From contig CAJMAO010000001.1 of the NCBI GenBank assembly GCA_905211345.1, forward strand, positions 23,622-87,621: a stretch of 64,000 bases of DNA, in the 5' to 3' direction. The notes beneath the pieces are model-generated. The model worked only from the letters and a program-made list of their open reading frames with translations. It had not been told where the DNA came from and searched no databases. Origin of the DNA: an uncultured Prevotella sp. GTDB lineage: Bacteria > Bacteroidota > Bacteroidia > Bacteroidales > Bacteroidaceae. A program made the position numbers and the translations under genes. Positions 29,524-40,227 of the stretch are shown here, piece after piece (the first letter of the stretch is position 1; each line of letters opens with the position of its first letter).

Positions 29524-30156
29524 TCAGTAGCCCACAGGCATGTAAACCAGCGGCAGGATATTCTCCTTTATGCCGAGAAATTTCTGCATATCTGCCGGTT
29601 TATCGCCCGCATAGCAGCAAACAGTGGCCAGTCCGTTGGCAGCGCAATACAGGTAAACGTTCTGCATGACTGTGCCAGCGTCGAGTCCGCTTATAGCCAG
29701 ATTGCCTTGCGTCAATCCCGTGTCCGATGCGATGACGAGCACTACGGGAGCCGTGGCAATAAACTTGTTGCGCCCAGCCGCAGCCTTGCGCAAGTCGCCA
29801 CTGCCTATCTTTACGAGCTTATGCGACGCAGCATCATAACGGAATGTGCCGTCGGCCTTGCCCACGTAAATGGTAACATCCTGCCGGTTCATTGCCGACG
29901 GGGCGGTGCGCTTGCCGTCATTGCGGTTTACTCCGTTGGCCGACCACAGCAGGTCTGCCAGCGTCTGGTCGCTCACGGCCTTGTCGGTAAACGTGCGTGT
30001 GGAGTGGCGGTCCTGCAACGCTTTTGCCAAACTGCCGGCCACGTCGCTCTTAGTAGGTTGGGGCAAAGTTACATCCTGAGCCTTTACAGGCGTACTGAAT
30101 GTTGCCATGCAAAATGCCGCGGTTATGGCGGCGGTAACAATTCTATTTTTTTTCAT
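29524..30156 (-). CDS. Nitroreductase/SagB-type protein with signal peptide
   Basis: RHSTRTF, LLWSANG, RTAPSAMN, QNVYL. Confidence 0.85.
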   Translation of the reverse strand: MKKNRIVTAAITAAFCMATFSTPVKAQDVTLPQPTKSDVAGSLAKALQDRHSTRTFTDKAVSDQTLADLLWSANGVNRNDGKRTAPSAMNRQDVTIYVGKADGTFRYDAASHKLVKIGSGDLRKAAAGRNKFIATAPVVLVIASDTGLTQGNLAISGLDAGTVMQNVYLYCAANGLATVCCYAGDKPADMQKFLGIKENILPLVYMPVGY

Positions 30157-30408
30157 ACGTTAATTATTTAAGTGTTTTACTGTTCCATAAATGCGCGCAA
30201 AGCCTGTACGAACATTAACGCACGTCACAAAGTTATCATTTTGACGGCATAAAACATAACAAACGGTAAGTTTTTTCATTTTGTTACGGTTGTTTTTCAG
30301 GTGTTAAGGCTTTATGAAATATAAATGTTAGTTTTATATTTACCGAAAAAAATATTATATTTGTAATCGGAAAAACAAATGTTACATAATAAAAAAACGA
30401 ATACTGTC

Positions 30409-32859
30409 ATGAAGATAATCATCGTTGGCGGCGTGGCCGGAGGAGCCACTGCGGCTGCGCGCATACGGCGCAATACCGAACATGCAGAAATCATACTGAT
30501 AGAAAAAGGCGGCCACATATCATACGCCAACTGTGGTTTGCCTTATTATATAGGCGGCATCATCGCCGAGCGCGACAAGCTGTTCGTGCAGACACCCGAG
30601 GCTTTCGGCCGGCGTTTTAACATCGACGTAAGGGTGAACTCCGAGGTGACACGCGTCGACACGGCACGCAAGCAGGTTTCTGTGCGCACCGCCGACGGGC
30701 GCGAATACACCGAAACTTATGACAAGCTGCTGCTGTCGCCCGGAGCGTCGCCAGTGCGTCCGCCGCTGCCGGGCATCGACGTCAACGGCATTTTCACCCT
30801 GCGCAACGTTGACGACACCGACCGCATAAAGGCATTCGTGGCCGACCGCCGCGTAAGGCGGGCGGTAATTGTTGGCGGAGGTTTCATCGGCCTTGAAATG
30901 TCTGAGAACCTTGTACACGCCGGAGTGAAAGTTTCAGTAGTGGAAATGGCCGACCAAGTGATGGCACCCATTGACTATTCAATGGCCGCGTTAGTGCATC
31001 CACATCTTGTAGACCATGGCGTAAGGCTTTATCTTGGACAGGCCGTGGAGGCTTTCAAGCACGACGACGGCGGCATAACGGTCATGATGAAATCGGGCGA
31101 CAGCCTTACCGTCGACATGGTGCTGCTGTCAATAGGCGTGCGCGCCGAGACAAGGCTGGCTGCCGACGCAGGCATTAAGATAGGCGAAATGCGCGGTATC
31201 AAGGTTGACGAATACCTGCGCACGTCGGCCGAAGATGTTTATGCCGTTGGCGACGCCATTGAGTTCGCCCATCCGGTGACGGGCCGTCCGTGGCTTAACT
31301 TCCTAGCCGGACCGGCCAACAGGCAGGCGCGCATCGTGGCAGACAACATCGTTTTCGGCGACAAAGTAAAATATGAAGGCTCCATCGGCACGTCAATAGC
31401 CAAAGTGTTCGACCTCACCGTAGCCTCAACCGGCCTGCCTGCGAAGCGTCTGAAGCAAATGGGCATGCCATACCTTACGGCGACAATCCATCCGTCAGCC
31501 CACGCCGGATATTACCCCGGAGCAGCGCAAATGACAATAAAAATAACCTTCGCGCCCGGGGACGGCCGCCTGTTAGGCGCACAGATTGTGGGCGGCGACG
31601 GCGTAGACAAGCGCATAGACGAGTTCGCCTTGGTGATAAAACGCGGCGGCACAGTGGCCGACCTGACACGCGTCGAGCACGCCTACGCCCCACCGTTCTC
31701 GTCGGCCAAAGACCCTGTGGCCGTAGCCGGTTACGTAGCCTGCAACATATTAAGTGGCAAGATGTCGCCGCTGTACTGGCGCGAACTAAAGGATGCCGAT
31801 CTTGGAGATGTTACATTAGTCGACGTACGTACACCTGACGAGTTCGCACTCGGAGCAATACCGGGCGCTGTAAACATTCCGCTGGACGACATGCGGCAAC
31901 GCATTGCTGAAATACCGGCCGACAAGCCTGTATGGGTTTACTGCGGCGTAGGTCTGCGCGGATACTTGGCCTCAAACATATTGAAAGACAACGGATACAA
32001 GAACGTGCGCAACCTTATCGGCGGACTGCGTACATACAAAGCCGCAGTAGCACCCGTAGGCGTACCTGCCGACGACGGAAGCGACCAAACCGAACCGCAA
32101 GCTCAAGCTGAAACCGACAGCCAAGGGCGCGAGACAGTGCGCGTAGACGCTTGCGGACTGCAGTGCCCCGGCCCGATAATGAAACTGAAAGACTGCATGG
32201 GGCAGATGGCCGAAGGCTGCCGTGTTGAAGTTATCTCTACCGACTCTGCCTTTCCACGTGATGCCGAGGCATGGTGCAACATGACGGGCAACCGCCTGCT
32301 GGAGCGCAAGACTGAGCGTGGAGTTTACAAAGTGTTGGTGGAAAAAGGCACGAAACCAGCAGTTCATGGCGTAACCTCAACCATGACTGGGCGCGACAAG
32401 ACGTTTATCATGTTCAGCGACGACTTAGACAAGGCACTAGCCACATTCGTACTGGCCAACGGAGCGGCGGCCGCAGGCGGCAAAGTAACGATATTCTTTA
32501 CTTTTTGGGGGCTTAACGTGATAAAGAGAGAAATAAAACCGAAGGTGGAAAAAGACTTTTTCGGGCGGATGTTCAGCATGATGCTGCCGTCAAGTTCGCT
32601 GCGGCTGAAGTTGTCGAAGATGAACATGCTCGGAATTGGAAGCCGCATGATGAGGAGCATAATGCGGCAAAAAGGCGTGGCATCGCTCGAGGAATTGCGC
32701 CAACAGGCTATCGACAACGGAGTTGAGATGATAGCCTGCCAGATGTCGATGGACGTAATGGGAATAAAACGTGAGGAATTGCTCGACTGTGTGAGCGTAG
32801 GCGGAGTGGCCACATACATGGAGCGCGCAGACAAGTCCGGCATCAACTTGTTCATCTGA
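30409..32859 (+). CDS. CoA-disulfide reductase-rhodanese-TusA-DsrE/F fusion
   Basis: GGVAGG, SYANCGLPY, YAPPFS; DVRT and YCGVGLRG; CGLQCPGP; FFTFWGL and ACQMSMDVMG. Confidence 0.9.
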   Translation: MKIIIVGGVAGGATAAARIRRNTEHAEIILIEKGGHISYANCGLPYYIGGIIAERDKLFVQTPEAFGRRFNIDVRVNSEVTRVDTARKQVSVRTADGREYTETYDKLLLSPGASPVRPPLPGIDVNGIFTLRNVDDTDRIKAFVADRRVRRAVIVGGGFIGLEMSENLVHAGVKVSVVEMADQVMAPIDYSMAALVHPHLVDHGVRLYLGQAVEAFKHDDGGITVMMKSGDSLTVDMVLLSIGVRAETRLAADAGIKIGEMRGIKVDEYLRTSAEDVYAVGDAIEFAHPVTGRPWLNFLAGPANRQARIVADNIVFGDKVKYEGSIGTSIAKVFDLTVASTGLPAKRLKQMGMPYLTATIHPSAHAGYYPGAAQMTIKITFAPGDGRLLGAQIVGGDGVDKRIDEFALVIKRGGTVADLTRVEHAYAPPFSSAKDPVAVAGYVACNILSGKMSPLYWRELKDADLGDVTLVDVRTPDEFALGAIPGAVNIPLDDMRQRIAEIPADKPVWVYCGVGLRGYLASNILKDNGYKNVRNLIGGLRTYKAAVAPVGVPADDGSDQTEPQAQAETDSQGRETVRVDACGLQCPGPIMKLKDCMGQMAEGCRVEVISTDSAFPRDAEAWCNMTGNRLLERKTERGVYKVLVEKGTKPAVHGVTSTMTGRDKTFIMFSDDLDKALATFVLANGAAAAGGKVTIFFTFWGLNVIKREIKPKVEKDFFGRMFSMMLPSSSLRLKLSKMNMLGIGSRMMRSIMRQKGVASLEELRQQAIDNGVEMIACQMSMDVMGIKREELLDCVSVGGVATYMERADKSGINLFI

Positions 32860-32888
32860 CACACGACATCTTGACTAAAAAAGAATAC

Positions 32889-32929
32889 AGCGGCTTCCGT
32901 CTATCACAATAGCCAAAGACGGAAGCCGC
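32889..32929. terminator. Bidirectional terminator
   Basis: GCGGCTTCCGTCT/AGACGGAAGCCGC between convergent genes. Confidence 0.7.
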
Positions 32930-32940
32930 GATTTTTTCTC

Positions 32941-33951
32941 TTAACGGCGGCGCATTATCACATATATAACGACCGGCGCCCCCACAAGCGGGGTCACGGC
33001 ATTGAGCGGTATCATTCCGGAAGCTCCGGGCGACATGCAGGCGGCGTTACATAACAAAGCCACTAGCGCGCCTGACGTAATCGTGGCTGGCACAAGTTGG
33101 CGATGGTCATCTGTCTTCAATATGATACGCGCCAAATGGGGCACAGCAAGACCTATGAACGCTATCGGACCGCAAAACGCCGTTGCCGACGCGGTCAGGA
33201 GGCCGGTAACTACAAGCAGGCTGTTACGCAGACGGCTTGTATTGACACCAAGATTGGCGGCATACTGTTCACCAAGGAGTAAGGCATTAAGCGGCTTGAC
33301 AAGACATATCGCAGCCAGCAGACCGACAACCGTGACAACAGCAAACCACGGCAGACGTGACAGCGACACGCCGCCGAAATTTCCAAGTCCCCACACCATA
33401 TATGAATGTACACCTTCCTCGGTGGCGAAAAAATTAAGCAACGATATGGCAGACGAGGCTACATAGCCCGTCATTATACCTATAATAAGCAGCATGACAT
33501 TGCTACGCACCCGGGCGGCGAAAAACAGCAATACGGCCATTACAGCCCCCGCGCCTGCGAACGAGGCCGCCAATACAGCCATGAAGCCGGTAAGAGACAC
33601 CGAACCAAGCGACAACCCGCCGCCGAAAGCAAGCATAACCAAGGCCGCGCCTAAGCTCGCCCCACTGTTAATGCCAAACACAGAAGGTCCTGCCAAAGGA
33701 TTGCGGAATGCCGTCTGTAACAACAATCCGCTGACCGCCAGCGAACTTCCGCAAAGCACGGCAGTTACAGCCTGAGGCAGGCGGGTCTCTATCACAATGT
33801 AACGCCACGACATATCGTAACCGCCATAACCGACAAGGATTTCAAAAACGGCCGATACTGGAATGTCAGCCGCGCCCACCATAAGGTTTAACAGCAAAAG
33901 CGGCACTATGGCCACAGCCATGACTATGTTGATGATCGTTGGTCTGCTCAT
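32941..33951 (-). CDS. btuC: FecCD/BtuC-type ABC permease
   Basis: RLPQ, FRNPLAGP, A.NLGV, GPIAFIGLAVPH; last gene of riboswitch operon. Confidence 0.8.
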   Translation of the reverse strand: MSRPTIINIVMAVAIVPLLLLNLMVGAADIPVSAVFEILVGYGGYDMSWRYIVIETRLPQAVTAVLCGSSLAVSGLLLQTAFRNPLAGPSVFGINSGASLGAALVMLAFGGGLSLGSVSLTGFMAVLAASFAGAGAVMAVLLFFAARVRSNVMLLIIGIMTGYVASSAISLLNFFATEEGVHSYMVWGLGNFGGVSLSRLPWFAVVTVVGLLAAICLVKPLNALLLGEQYAANLGVNTSRLRNSLLVVTGLLTASATAFCGPIAFIGLAVPHLARIILKTDDHRQLVPATITSGALVALLCNAACMSPGASGMIPLNAVTPLVGAPVVIYVIMRRR

Positions 33952-35126
33952 TTCAAGGGAACATAATAACGGGGAGCGCCGAGACTACGCAAGTCAGGAT
34001 GGCACACTACGATAAACTCACGCAAGAGCAAATCGGGCCGAAAAGGAGTCTCGTCATAAAACATAGTGGAAATTGTGTTACAGGCATAAACATTTTTCCG
34101 CTGGAACGCAAGGAAAAGCGAATAGCCCTTGTTCTCATCAAGCAACGATGCGTAAGACGCCTGCTGCGGAGGAGAATAACGGTACATCCACACATCGGAC
34201 TTGCCAGCGCGTGAGAGCACAGCCTCGAACGTCAACTGAAGACTGCCGCTGCTTTTGTCGTCGGCAAAAGCATAATTAACATTTGCGTCGGCCATCACAC
34301 GCCCTAACGTACTGTTTCCTCCTGGAACATACCATACAGGCCCTTCCACTTTATCGACAATAACCATAGGGCGCGACACAGCCTTCTTTGCCTCAAGCAC
34401 AAGGCTTTTATAATTACGCTCTACGACGGAAAACAGGCTGTCGGCCCGCGCCTCGACACCGAACAACATGCCGTAGAACTTCATCCACTCAGCACGGCCT
34501 AAAGCCGAGGTCTCCATATAATCGGCAACCTCAATCACCGGACGCCCCCATCGGTCAAGACGCCCGTATCCGCCACTATTCTGAAAAGGCGACACAAGTA
34601 CTGCGTCGGCATCGGCATCAATGATTTTCTCAACATCCGGCACCACCCCGTCGCCACAATCGGCTATAGTCCCGTCGGCCAAGCGTTGCCTGATATAAGG
34701 TTGGTTGATATAACGTGCGTCGCATACGCCGCGTACAGCCTCACCTCGGCCAAGTGATACGAGAAGGCCGCAATGTACCGATGTCGACACAACAGCACGC
34801 TTTAAAGGTGTATGTACGACAGTCACAGTCGACCGGTTCCCGGTCGACCTGCTTACAAGACTGACCAGTTCGTCATCAGTCATGCCGTCAGTTCCAGCGA
34901 CAGAGTCAACCAACACATACGTATGCAAAACCTTTCCTTCGTTCCAAGGGTCGGCTAATGTTACTACAGTAAAACCGTCATATTTCACGATTCCCAATCT
35001 TTCTGCATAACGAAGACGCACTGTGTCACCACCAGAAAGGCCAGCCGTGACCATGCCTTGCCCGCAAGAACAGAACAAGACGACGGCCACGGCTAAAAGA
35101 ATAAGTATGTTTAATGGTTTATTCAT
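33948..35126 (-). CDS. btuF: ABC substrate-binding lipoprotein, BtuF-like
   Basis: Lipobox; YMETSALGRAEWMKF; operon context. Confidence 0.75.
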   Translation of the reverse strand: MNKPLNILILLAVAVVLFCSCGQGMVTAGLSGGDTVRLRYAERLGIVKYDGFTVVTLADPWNEGKVLHTYVLVDSVAGTDGMTDDELVSLVSRSTGNRSTVTVVHTPLKRAVVSTSVHCGLLVSLGRGEAVRGVCDARYINQPYIRQRLADGTIADCGDGVVPDVEKIIDADADAVLVSPFQNSGGYGRLDRWGRPVIEVADYMETSALGRAEWMKFYGMLFGVEARADSLFSVVERNYKSLVLEAKKAVSRPMVIVDKVEGPVWYVPGGNSTLGRVMADANVNYAFADDKSSGSLQLTFEAVLSRAGKSDVWMYRYSPPQQASYASLLDENKGYSLFLAFQRKNVYACNTISTMFYDETPFRPDLLLREFIVVCHPDLRSLGAPRYYVPLK

Positions 35127-36231
35127 ACGTTACGGTAGAATTGAAAACTATCGTACCGGGATTAACTCCCGTATCGTAACGGGCCTTGAATATGCCGCCA
35201 GAAGAATAACGCACCATATATCCGTCGGCATTATAATCGGGATAGCCTGTATCGGGACTGTTTTTTAATGATGTTACATACACATCGCCGCTCTCAGGGT
35301 CGACGGCAATCTCTACAGGACTGTCAATCTCGTCACCGGCAACAAATTGACGGTTCTCGCCTGTCTTCATGTCATACACATTATATTGCGCAGGCGTAAC
35401 CGTATATGAATAAGGTGCGTTGACGGTATAAATCAGCCCGCGTTGTTCGTCGACGGCCATAAGCGTGGCATCAATTATTTTCTCAACCTTACCATCAACA
35501 AACTTACGCACACCTGCCTCGGTCTGACTACCAGTGGCGTATGTTCCGCTGTCAAGAATATACATGCCACCACCAACTGCTGCAAGCTTTACCGGATTCA
35601 AGATTGCAGGATCCGTCACATTACGTGATGTGCCATCAGCAAGGTCTATAATAGAAACTGAAGGATTTACTCCCGAACCGTAATCAGAATTTGCGACATA
35701 AAGTTTGCCGTCAGCCAAGCCCATTCCCTCGGGATAAGAACCTGCCTGATATACGGTTGTAGAATAATCGTCTGTGTCGATACGTGCCACATACCCGGCG
35801 TATGTAGATACAAATATATACTTACCACCGGCTACTACGCAACGTGGTTGCGTGCCTTTTTCCTGCCCCATAAGCTCAACGGTGTTGAGTTGCTTGATTG
35901 ACTTCAACGTGTTACGGTCAATCACTTCGACGGTATTTTCATCCGTAACGACAATATAAAGCCTATCCCCCGATACAACGGCGTCGTTAGGCGTACCACC
36001 AAGAGAACGGCCATTGACTGTCGAAAAGGCGTGTGGTGTCACCTTACCATCACTTGCCACGTATGTCAGCGAGCCGTCAATAAGACTATACGACGCACCT
36101 TCATTGACAACAAACACACCGTCAGTAACATAGACAGGTTGCGGTTGTGGCGTGAAATCATCATCGTCACACGCCGTGAATACCGACATACACAATGCCG
36201 CCACCGCGGCGATTGATAAAAACTTTTTCAT
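35119..36231 (-). CDS. Surface beta-propeller lipoprotein, BtuG-like
   Basis: FTAC-DDDD lipobox and export signal; VVNEG, PEGM, LYVANS repeats. Confidence 0.75.
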   Translation of the reverse strand: MKKFLSIAAVAALCMSVFTACDDDDFTPQPQPVYVTDGVFVVNEGASYSLIDGSLTYVASDGKVTPHAFSTVNGRSLGGTPNDAVVSGDRLYIVVTDENTVEVIDRNTLKSIKQLNTVELMGQEKGTQPRCVVAGGKYIFVSTYAGYVARIDTDDYSTTVYQAGSYPEGMGLADGKLYVANSDYGSGVNPSVSIIDLADGTSRNVTDPAILNPVKLAAVGGGMYILDSGTYATGSQTEAGVRKFVDGKVEKIIDATLMAVDEQRGLIYTVNAPYSYTVTPAQYNVYDMKTGENRQFVAGDEIDSPVEIAVDPESGDVYVTSLKNSPDTGYPDYNADGYMVRYSSGGIFKARYDTGVNPGTIVFNSTVTYE

Positions 36232-36243
36232 CTTAATAATTTT

Positions 36244-38238
36244 TTAGAATTTATATTTTACTGATAATTGCCAGCTTCTTCCGGGCATAGGGTAACGCGC
36301 CACTATCTCATACTGCTTATCAAGCAGATTCTTTACATCAACTCTAGCCTCAATAACGCCCGACCCTACAACGAATTCGCGCCACGCTGTCATCCCCATT
36401 TCCATATATCCGGCCATACGTGTACCGTTATAATGGTTGTTATTGGTGTAACGATGGCTGATGCCATGACCATGGGCTGAAACGTTAATCAACGGATTTT
36501 CGAAAGCTATAGCCGCACTTGCCTGATGTTCAGGCACATAAGCTATTTGGTTCCCATAATATTCAGACTTTTTGTTAGTGCGGTTCTCGGAACGTTGCCA
36601 CGTATAGTTGGCCGTTGCGGTCAATGCGCTACGCCCACCCAGCCGCTGCCTTACAGTGGCTTCAGCCTCAACGCCGTGACCTACCACCTTGCCGACGTTG
36701 ATATTAGTCCATACAAACATATTGTAGGGCACAGCTACAATCATATCTTTCACTCGGTTTACATAGCCGTCTACCGACAACCTGACACTTGTGGCACGGT
36801 TATCACCACGGTTCCATGTCAAACCGAGATTTATCTGATCTGTGCTCTCAGGCAGTAAATCTGTGCTACCATAATGATAAAAATACAACTCATTGAAGGT
36901 TGGAGCGCGGAATATGTTCTTGTACGAAAGACGCACATACAGGTCTTCATCCTTAAGAAGCCTATAAGATGCCGACAGCGACGGCGAGAGCCGACGCATA
37001 TCCCTTGCGCCGGGACCGCGTTTGGCGGCATTGAAGTAGAGCGAATAAAGTGCTCGCGCCATAACCGTCAATCTGCCGGTGCGGTATCGCGCCGCGAGCG
37101 ACTGTAGCACAGAATGACGGTATGGCCTTGTATCATCAGGGCGGCTACCACTTAAGTTATTGAATATGTAATCGGCTGAATAGTTAAACGCCCACTTACC
37201 TTGTGGAGAATAAAGAAGGCATACCGAAGCGTAGGCTTCGCGCTGACGGTAAGATGCGTCGTTCTTTCCGTCCTTGTATAAGCCATCAGTATAATCAGAT
37301 GCAGCCCAGTTGTATTTTGCCAACATCTTCATCGACAATCCACCTCTACTCCATGTTCTGTATTGCAACTGGGCAAAAGCGTTGCGCTCATGCAGGGCCT
37401 CGTCGCTAATATCTGTATAATATCTCACTTGCCCGGGTAACTCGCGATCGTTATTATAATAATACAACTTGCCGTTCAACGTGCTTTTTCCACCAGTACG
37501 CCATGTAAAGCCAACCTCGCCGTGACCGGAGTTCATCATGCTGTTAGTGCGACGCTCGCGTGTAACAAGCGACACATTTTTTAAGGTGAAAGGATAATCA
37601 TTTTCGGCATACACATATTCGGCAGACGCTGTCAGCAAAAACCTATCGCTAAAACTTTGCGCATAGCTCACGAACGGACTGATGTAGCCGAACGAGCCTG
37701 TTTTCAGATGCACCGTAAGATGCGGTCTCCTGTCGGCTGATGGCTGAGTAACCGTATTAACGGATAGCACGGCGGCATGGGCCGACAGTCGCGCAGGTAT
37801 GAAAATGTCGTCATTGTCGCCTACGGCGAGCATCACACTTGCCACGTTGTCAAGCGTATACCGCGACAAGTCAATCTCACCTGTCTGACAATCACTAAGC
37901 GCCACCCCGTCATAACTTACCCCCGTATGTCGTGCACCGAAACCACGCACTGACACCGTCTTCATACCGCCCGCGCCACCATAGTCGCGCAGAACCACAC
38001 CGGGCAGCCTGCGCAGAGCGTCGGCCATATCTGCAATGCCGAAACGGCGCATGGCCTCAGCGTCGACCAAATGCAACGGAGCCGTGGCCGAAACTCGTGA
38101 TGCTCCGGCATTACCCCTCACGGTTACGCCATCAAGTACACGGCTGCCTGCTATACTATCGCTTGTATGTGTCTGGGCAAACGTTGACCATGCTGAAGCC
38201 ACCGCCAATGACAATGACAATAATCTAAAACTTTTCAA
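36244..38238 (-). CDS. btuB: TonB-dependent receptor, BtuB-like
   Basis: DYGGAGGMKTVSVRG plug, FRAPTFNELY, YPMPGR, terminal F; downstream of cobalamin riboswitch. Confidence 0.85.
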   Translation of the reverse strand: MKSFRLLSLSLAVASAWSTFAQTHTSDSIAGSRVLDGVTVRGNAGASRVSATAPLHLVDAEAMRRFGIADMADALRRLPGVVLRDYGGAGGMKTVSVRGFGARHTGVSYDGVALSDCQTGEIDLSRYTLDNVASVMLAVGDNDDIFIPARLSAHAAVLSVNTVTQPSADRRPHLTVHLKTGSFGYISPFVSYAQSFSDRFLLTASAEYVYAENDYPFTLKNVSLVTRERRTNSMMNSGHGEVGFTWRTGGKSTLNGKLYYYNNDRELPGQVRYYTDISDEALHERNAFAQLQYRTWSRGGLSMKMLAKYNWAASDYTDGLYKDGKNDASYRQREAYASVCLLYSPQGKWAFNYSADYIFNNLSGSRPDDTRPYRHSVLQSLAARYRTGRLTVMARALYSLYFNAAKRGPGARDMRRLSPSLSASYRLLKDEDLYVRLSYKNIFRAPTFNELYFYHYGSTDLLPESTDQINLGLTWNRGDNRATSVRLSVDGYVNRVKDMIVAVPYNMFVWTNINVGKVVGHGVEAEATVRQRLGGRSALTATANYTWQRSENRTNKKSEYYGNQIAYVPEHQASAAIAFENPLINVSAHGHGISHRYTNNNHYNGTRMAGYMEMGMTAWREFVVGSGVIEARVDVKNLLDKQYEIVARYPMPGRSWQLSVKYKF

Positions 38239-38292
38239 TGCGAATACTTATAATACACCGCTCTCCTCGAAGCGGTAGATTAAACATCATGC

Positions 38293-38462
38293 CGACGGCA
38301 GGTCTTCTGACTTCGCTACCTCAAGAACCAACGGCCTTCCCGGCGTAAAAACTGTGCCAGTGGCTTTCTTTGTCAGCCTTGCTAAGGGTAGCTCACAGCA
38401 GCGGGACTGTACGGGATTCTCACCCGTTTCCCTTTTAATCACTGGTGTGTGAACCAATCAGC
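38293..38462 (-). ncRNA. Cobalamin riboswitch
   Basis: Minus strand AAAAGGGAA-CGGGTGAGAATCCCG-ACAGTCCCGCTGCTGTGA...GCCACTG...GGGAAGG...AGTCAGAAGACCTGCC; TAACTTTG box at 38467-38474. Confidence 0.95.
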
Positions 38463-38591
38463 GGGGCAAAGTTACGCTTTTTCCGTCAAACGACAAAGCA
38501 TATCGCATAGAAAAATACAGGATTAAATATATAATGATGTAATATAATTAAGAATGTAAGATTCCAGCGGAAATATTTCTAGTATTAAGGC

Positions 38592-39206
38592 TCATTCGCT
38601 TTCGCCGTGCAACCGTGGCAACGATATGTGGAACTTCACAGCGGCCAGCCTTACGGCCACCACTATGACGAAACACGCTGCAGCAGCGATTCCAGCCCCG
38701 AAGCCTAATCGGAAACATGCATAATAAGCAATTCCGCCGATGATGCAGGCTATGGCGTAAATCTCCTTGCGAAAAATAAGCGGCACCTCATTGATAAGCA
38801 CGTCACGTATTACACCGCCGGCGGCTCCCGTTATGCAACCCATGATAACGGCCACCCAAAAAGGATAACCGCCGAGCAACGTCTTCTGCAAACCAGCCAC
38901 TGTGAACAAGGCCAAACCGAGTGTATCGAAAAGAAACCATGTGGCGGCAAACCTTGCTATGGCTTTCTTGAATACTATCGCCGTAAGCAAGGCTGCAGCC
39001 GTACACACCATATATATAGAATCGGTCATCCAGAATGGCGTGACTCCCAGCATTACGTCTCTTATCGTGCCGCCGCCTATGGCTGTGGCTAATCCTACTA
39101 CATAGCCGCCGAACCAGTCGAACTGTTTAAAAGCAGCCCAGCGTATACCGGATATGGCGAAAGCGAATGTGCCGAGAAATTCTATTACCAGCTGCAAAGT
39201 GTTCAT
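38592..39206 (-). CDS. TRIC channel family (UPF0126) membrane protein
   Basis: GTFAFAISG, GGGTIRD and GGVIRD repeats. Confidence 0.9.
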   Translation of the reverse strand: MNTLQLVIEFLGTFAFAISGIRWAAFKQFDWFGGYVVGLATAIGGGTIRDVMLGVTPFWMTDSIYMVCTAAALLTAIVFKKAIARFAATWFLFDTLGLALFTVAGLQKTLLGGYPFWVAVIMGCITGAAGGVIRDVLINEVPLIFRKEIYAIACIIGGIAYYACFRLGFGAGIAAAACFVIVVAVRLAAVKFHISLPRLHGESE

Positions 39207-40156
39207 CTTACTACATTCATTGGTTCGCCGGAGGCAAACGCCTTAATGTTGGCGGCGGCCGTGGCTATGAGACGCGTACGCGCCTCGATCGTAGCCCATG
39301 CTATGTGTGGTGTTATGTATGCGTTGGGAGCACTCAACAACGGATTGTCGGCACGCGGCGGCTCATCGACCATGACATCGGCACCGTATCCTCCCAACTG
39401 CCCGTCGGCAAGTGCGGCGGCCACGTCAGCCTCAACCACAAGTGGCCCGCGTCCAGTGTTCACAAGTAGGGCACCGCGCTTCATACGCGAAAGCGTATCT
39501 TTATTTACCATACCCCGTGTAGACTCCGTCAACGGGCAGTGCAGCGTCAACACATCACTTATACCCAGCAAGCCGTCAAAAGTGGTTTTCTGTATGCCCT
39601 CAGGCAAGCTGGCCGAGCTTTTACTCGTACAGGCAAACACGTCCATGCCCAAACTGCGCGCAACACAGGCAACCTTGCGGCCAATGTTTCCCAACCCCAC
39701 CACGCCGAGAGTTTTGCCGGCCAATTCGTGCAAGGCGGTGTCCCAATAGCAAAAGTCAGGCGAGGCGCTCCACCGCCCCGCACGGTTCAAGCGAGCATAG
39801 CTTGCCACACGGTTAGTCATGTTGAGTATATGGGCCAGCGTCATCTGCACCACGCTGTCGGTGCTGTATGCTGGCACGTTGGTCACCGTCACACCGCATT
39901 GCACGGCCGCAGCCGTGTCAACCACATTGTAGCCAGTGGCCAGCACACCTATATATTTAAGATACGGAAGGTTTTTAATCAAGTTGGCCGTCATCACCAC
40001 CTTATTGGTGAGCACTGCATCGGCACCATCGACCCGGGCCGCAATTTCACAGGGTGCCGTGCGGTCGTATACCGTCACATCGCCACATTCCTCAAGCGCA
40101 GCCCACGACAAGTCACCGGGATTGACGCTGTATCCGTCAAGCACTATTATTTTCAT
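39203..40156 (-). CDS. D-2-hydroxyacid dehydrogenase (glycerate dehydrogenase-like)
   Basis: GLGNIG, LHCPLT, NTGRG, TPHIAWA. Confidence 0.9.
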   Translation of the reverse strand: MKIIVLDGYSVNPGDLSWAALEECGDVTVYDRTAPCEIAARVDGADAVLTNKVVMTANLIKNLPYLKYIGVLATGYNVVDTAAAVQCGVTVTNVPAYSTDSVVQMTLAHILNMTNRVASYARLNRAGRWSASPDFCYWDTALHELAGKTLGVVGLGNIGRKVACVARSLGMDVFACTSKSSASLPEGIQKTTFDGLLGISDVLTLHCPLTESTRGMVNKDTLSRMKRGALLVNTGRGPLVVEADVAAALADGQLGGYGADVMVDEPPRADNPLLSAPNAYITPHIAWATIEARTRLIATAAANIKAFASGEPMNVVR

Positions 40157-40227
40157 AAAATTATATTTTTAAGTGAAAGTCGAAAAAATCATTTTATATA
40201 TCATTATAATTCTTCGTTCTTCACTCT

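Noticed and set aside
29386..30171. 261-aa plus-strand ORF
   Set aside because: Antisense to the nitroreductase gene and starts in a repeat tract; no recognisable motifs.
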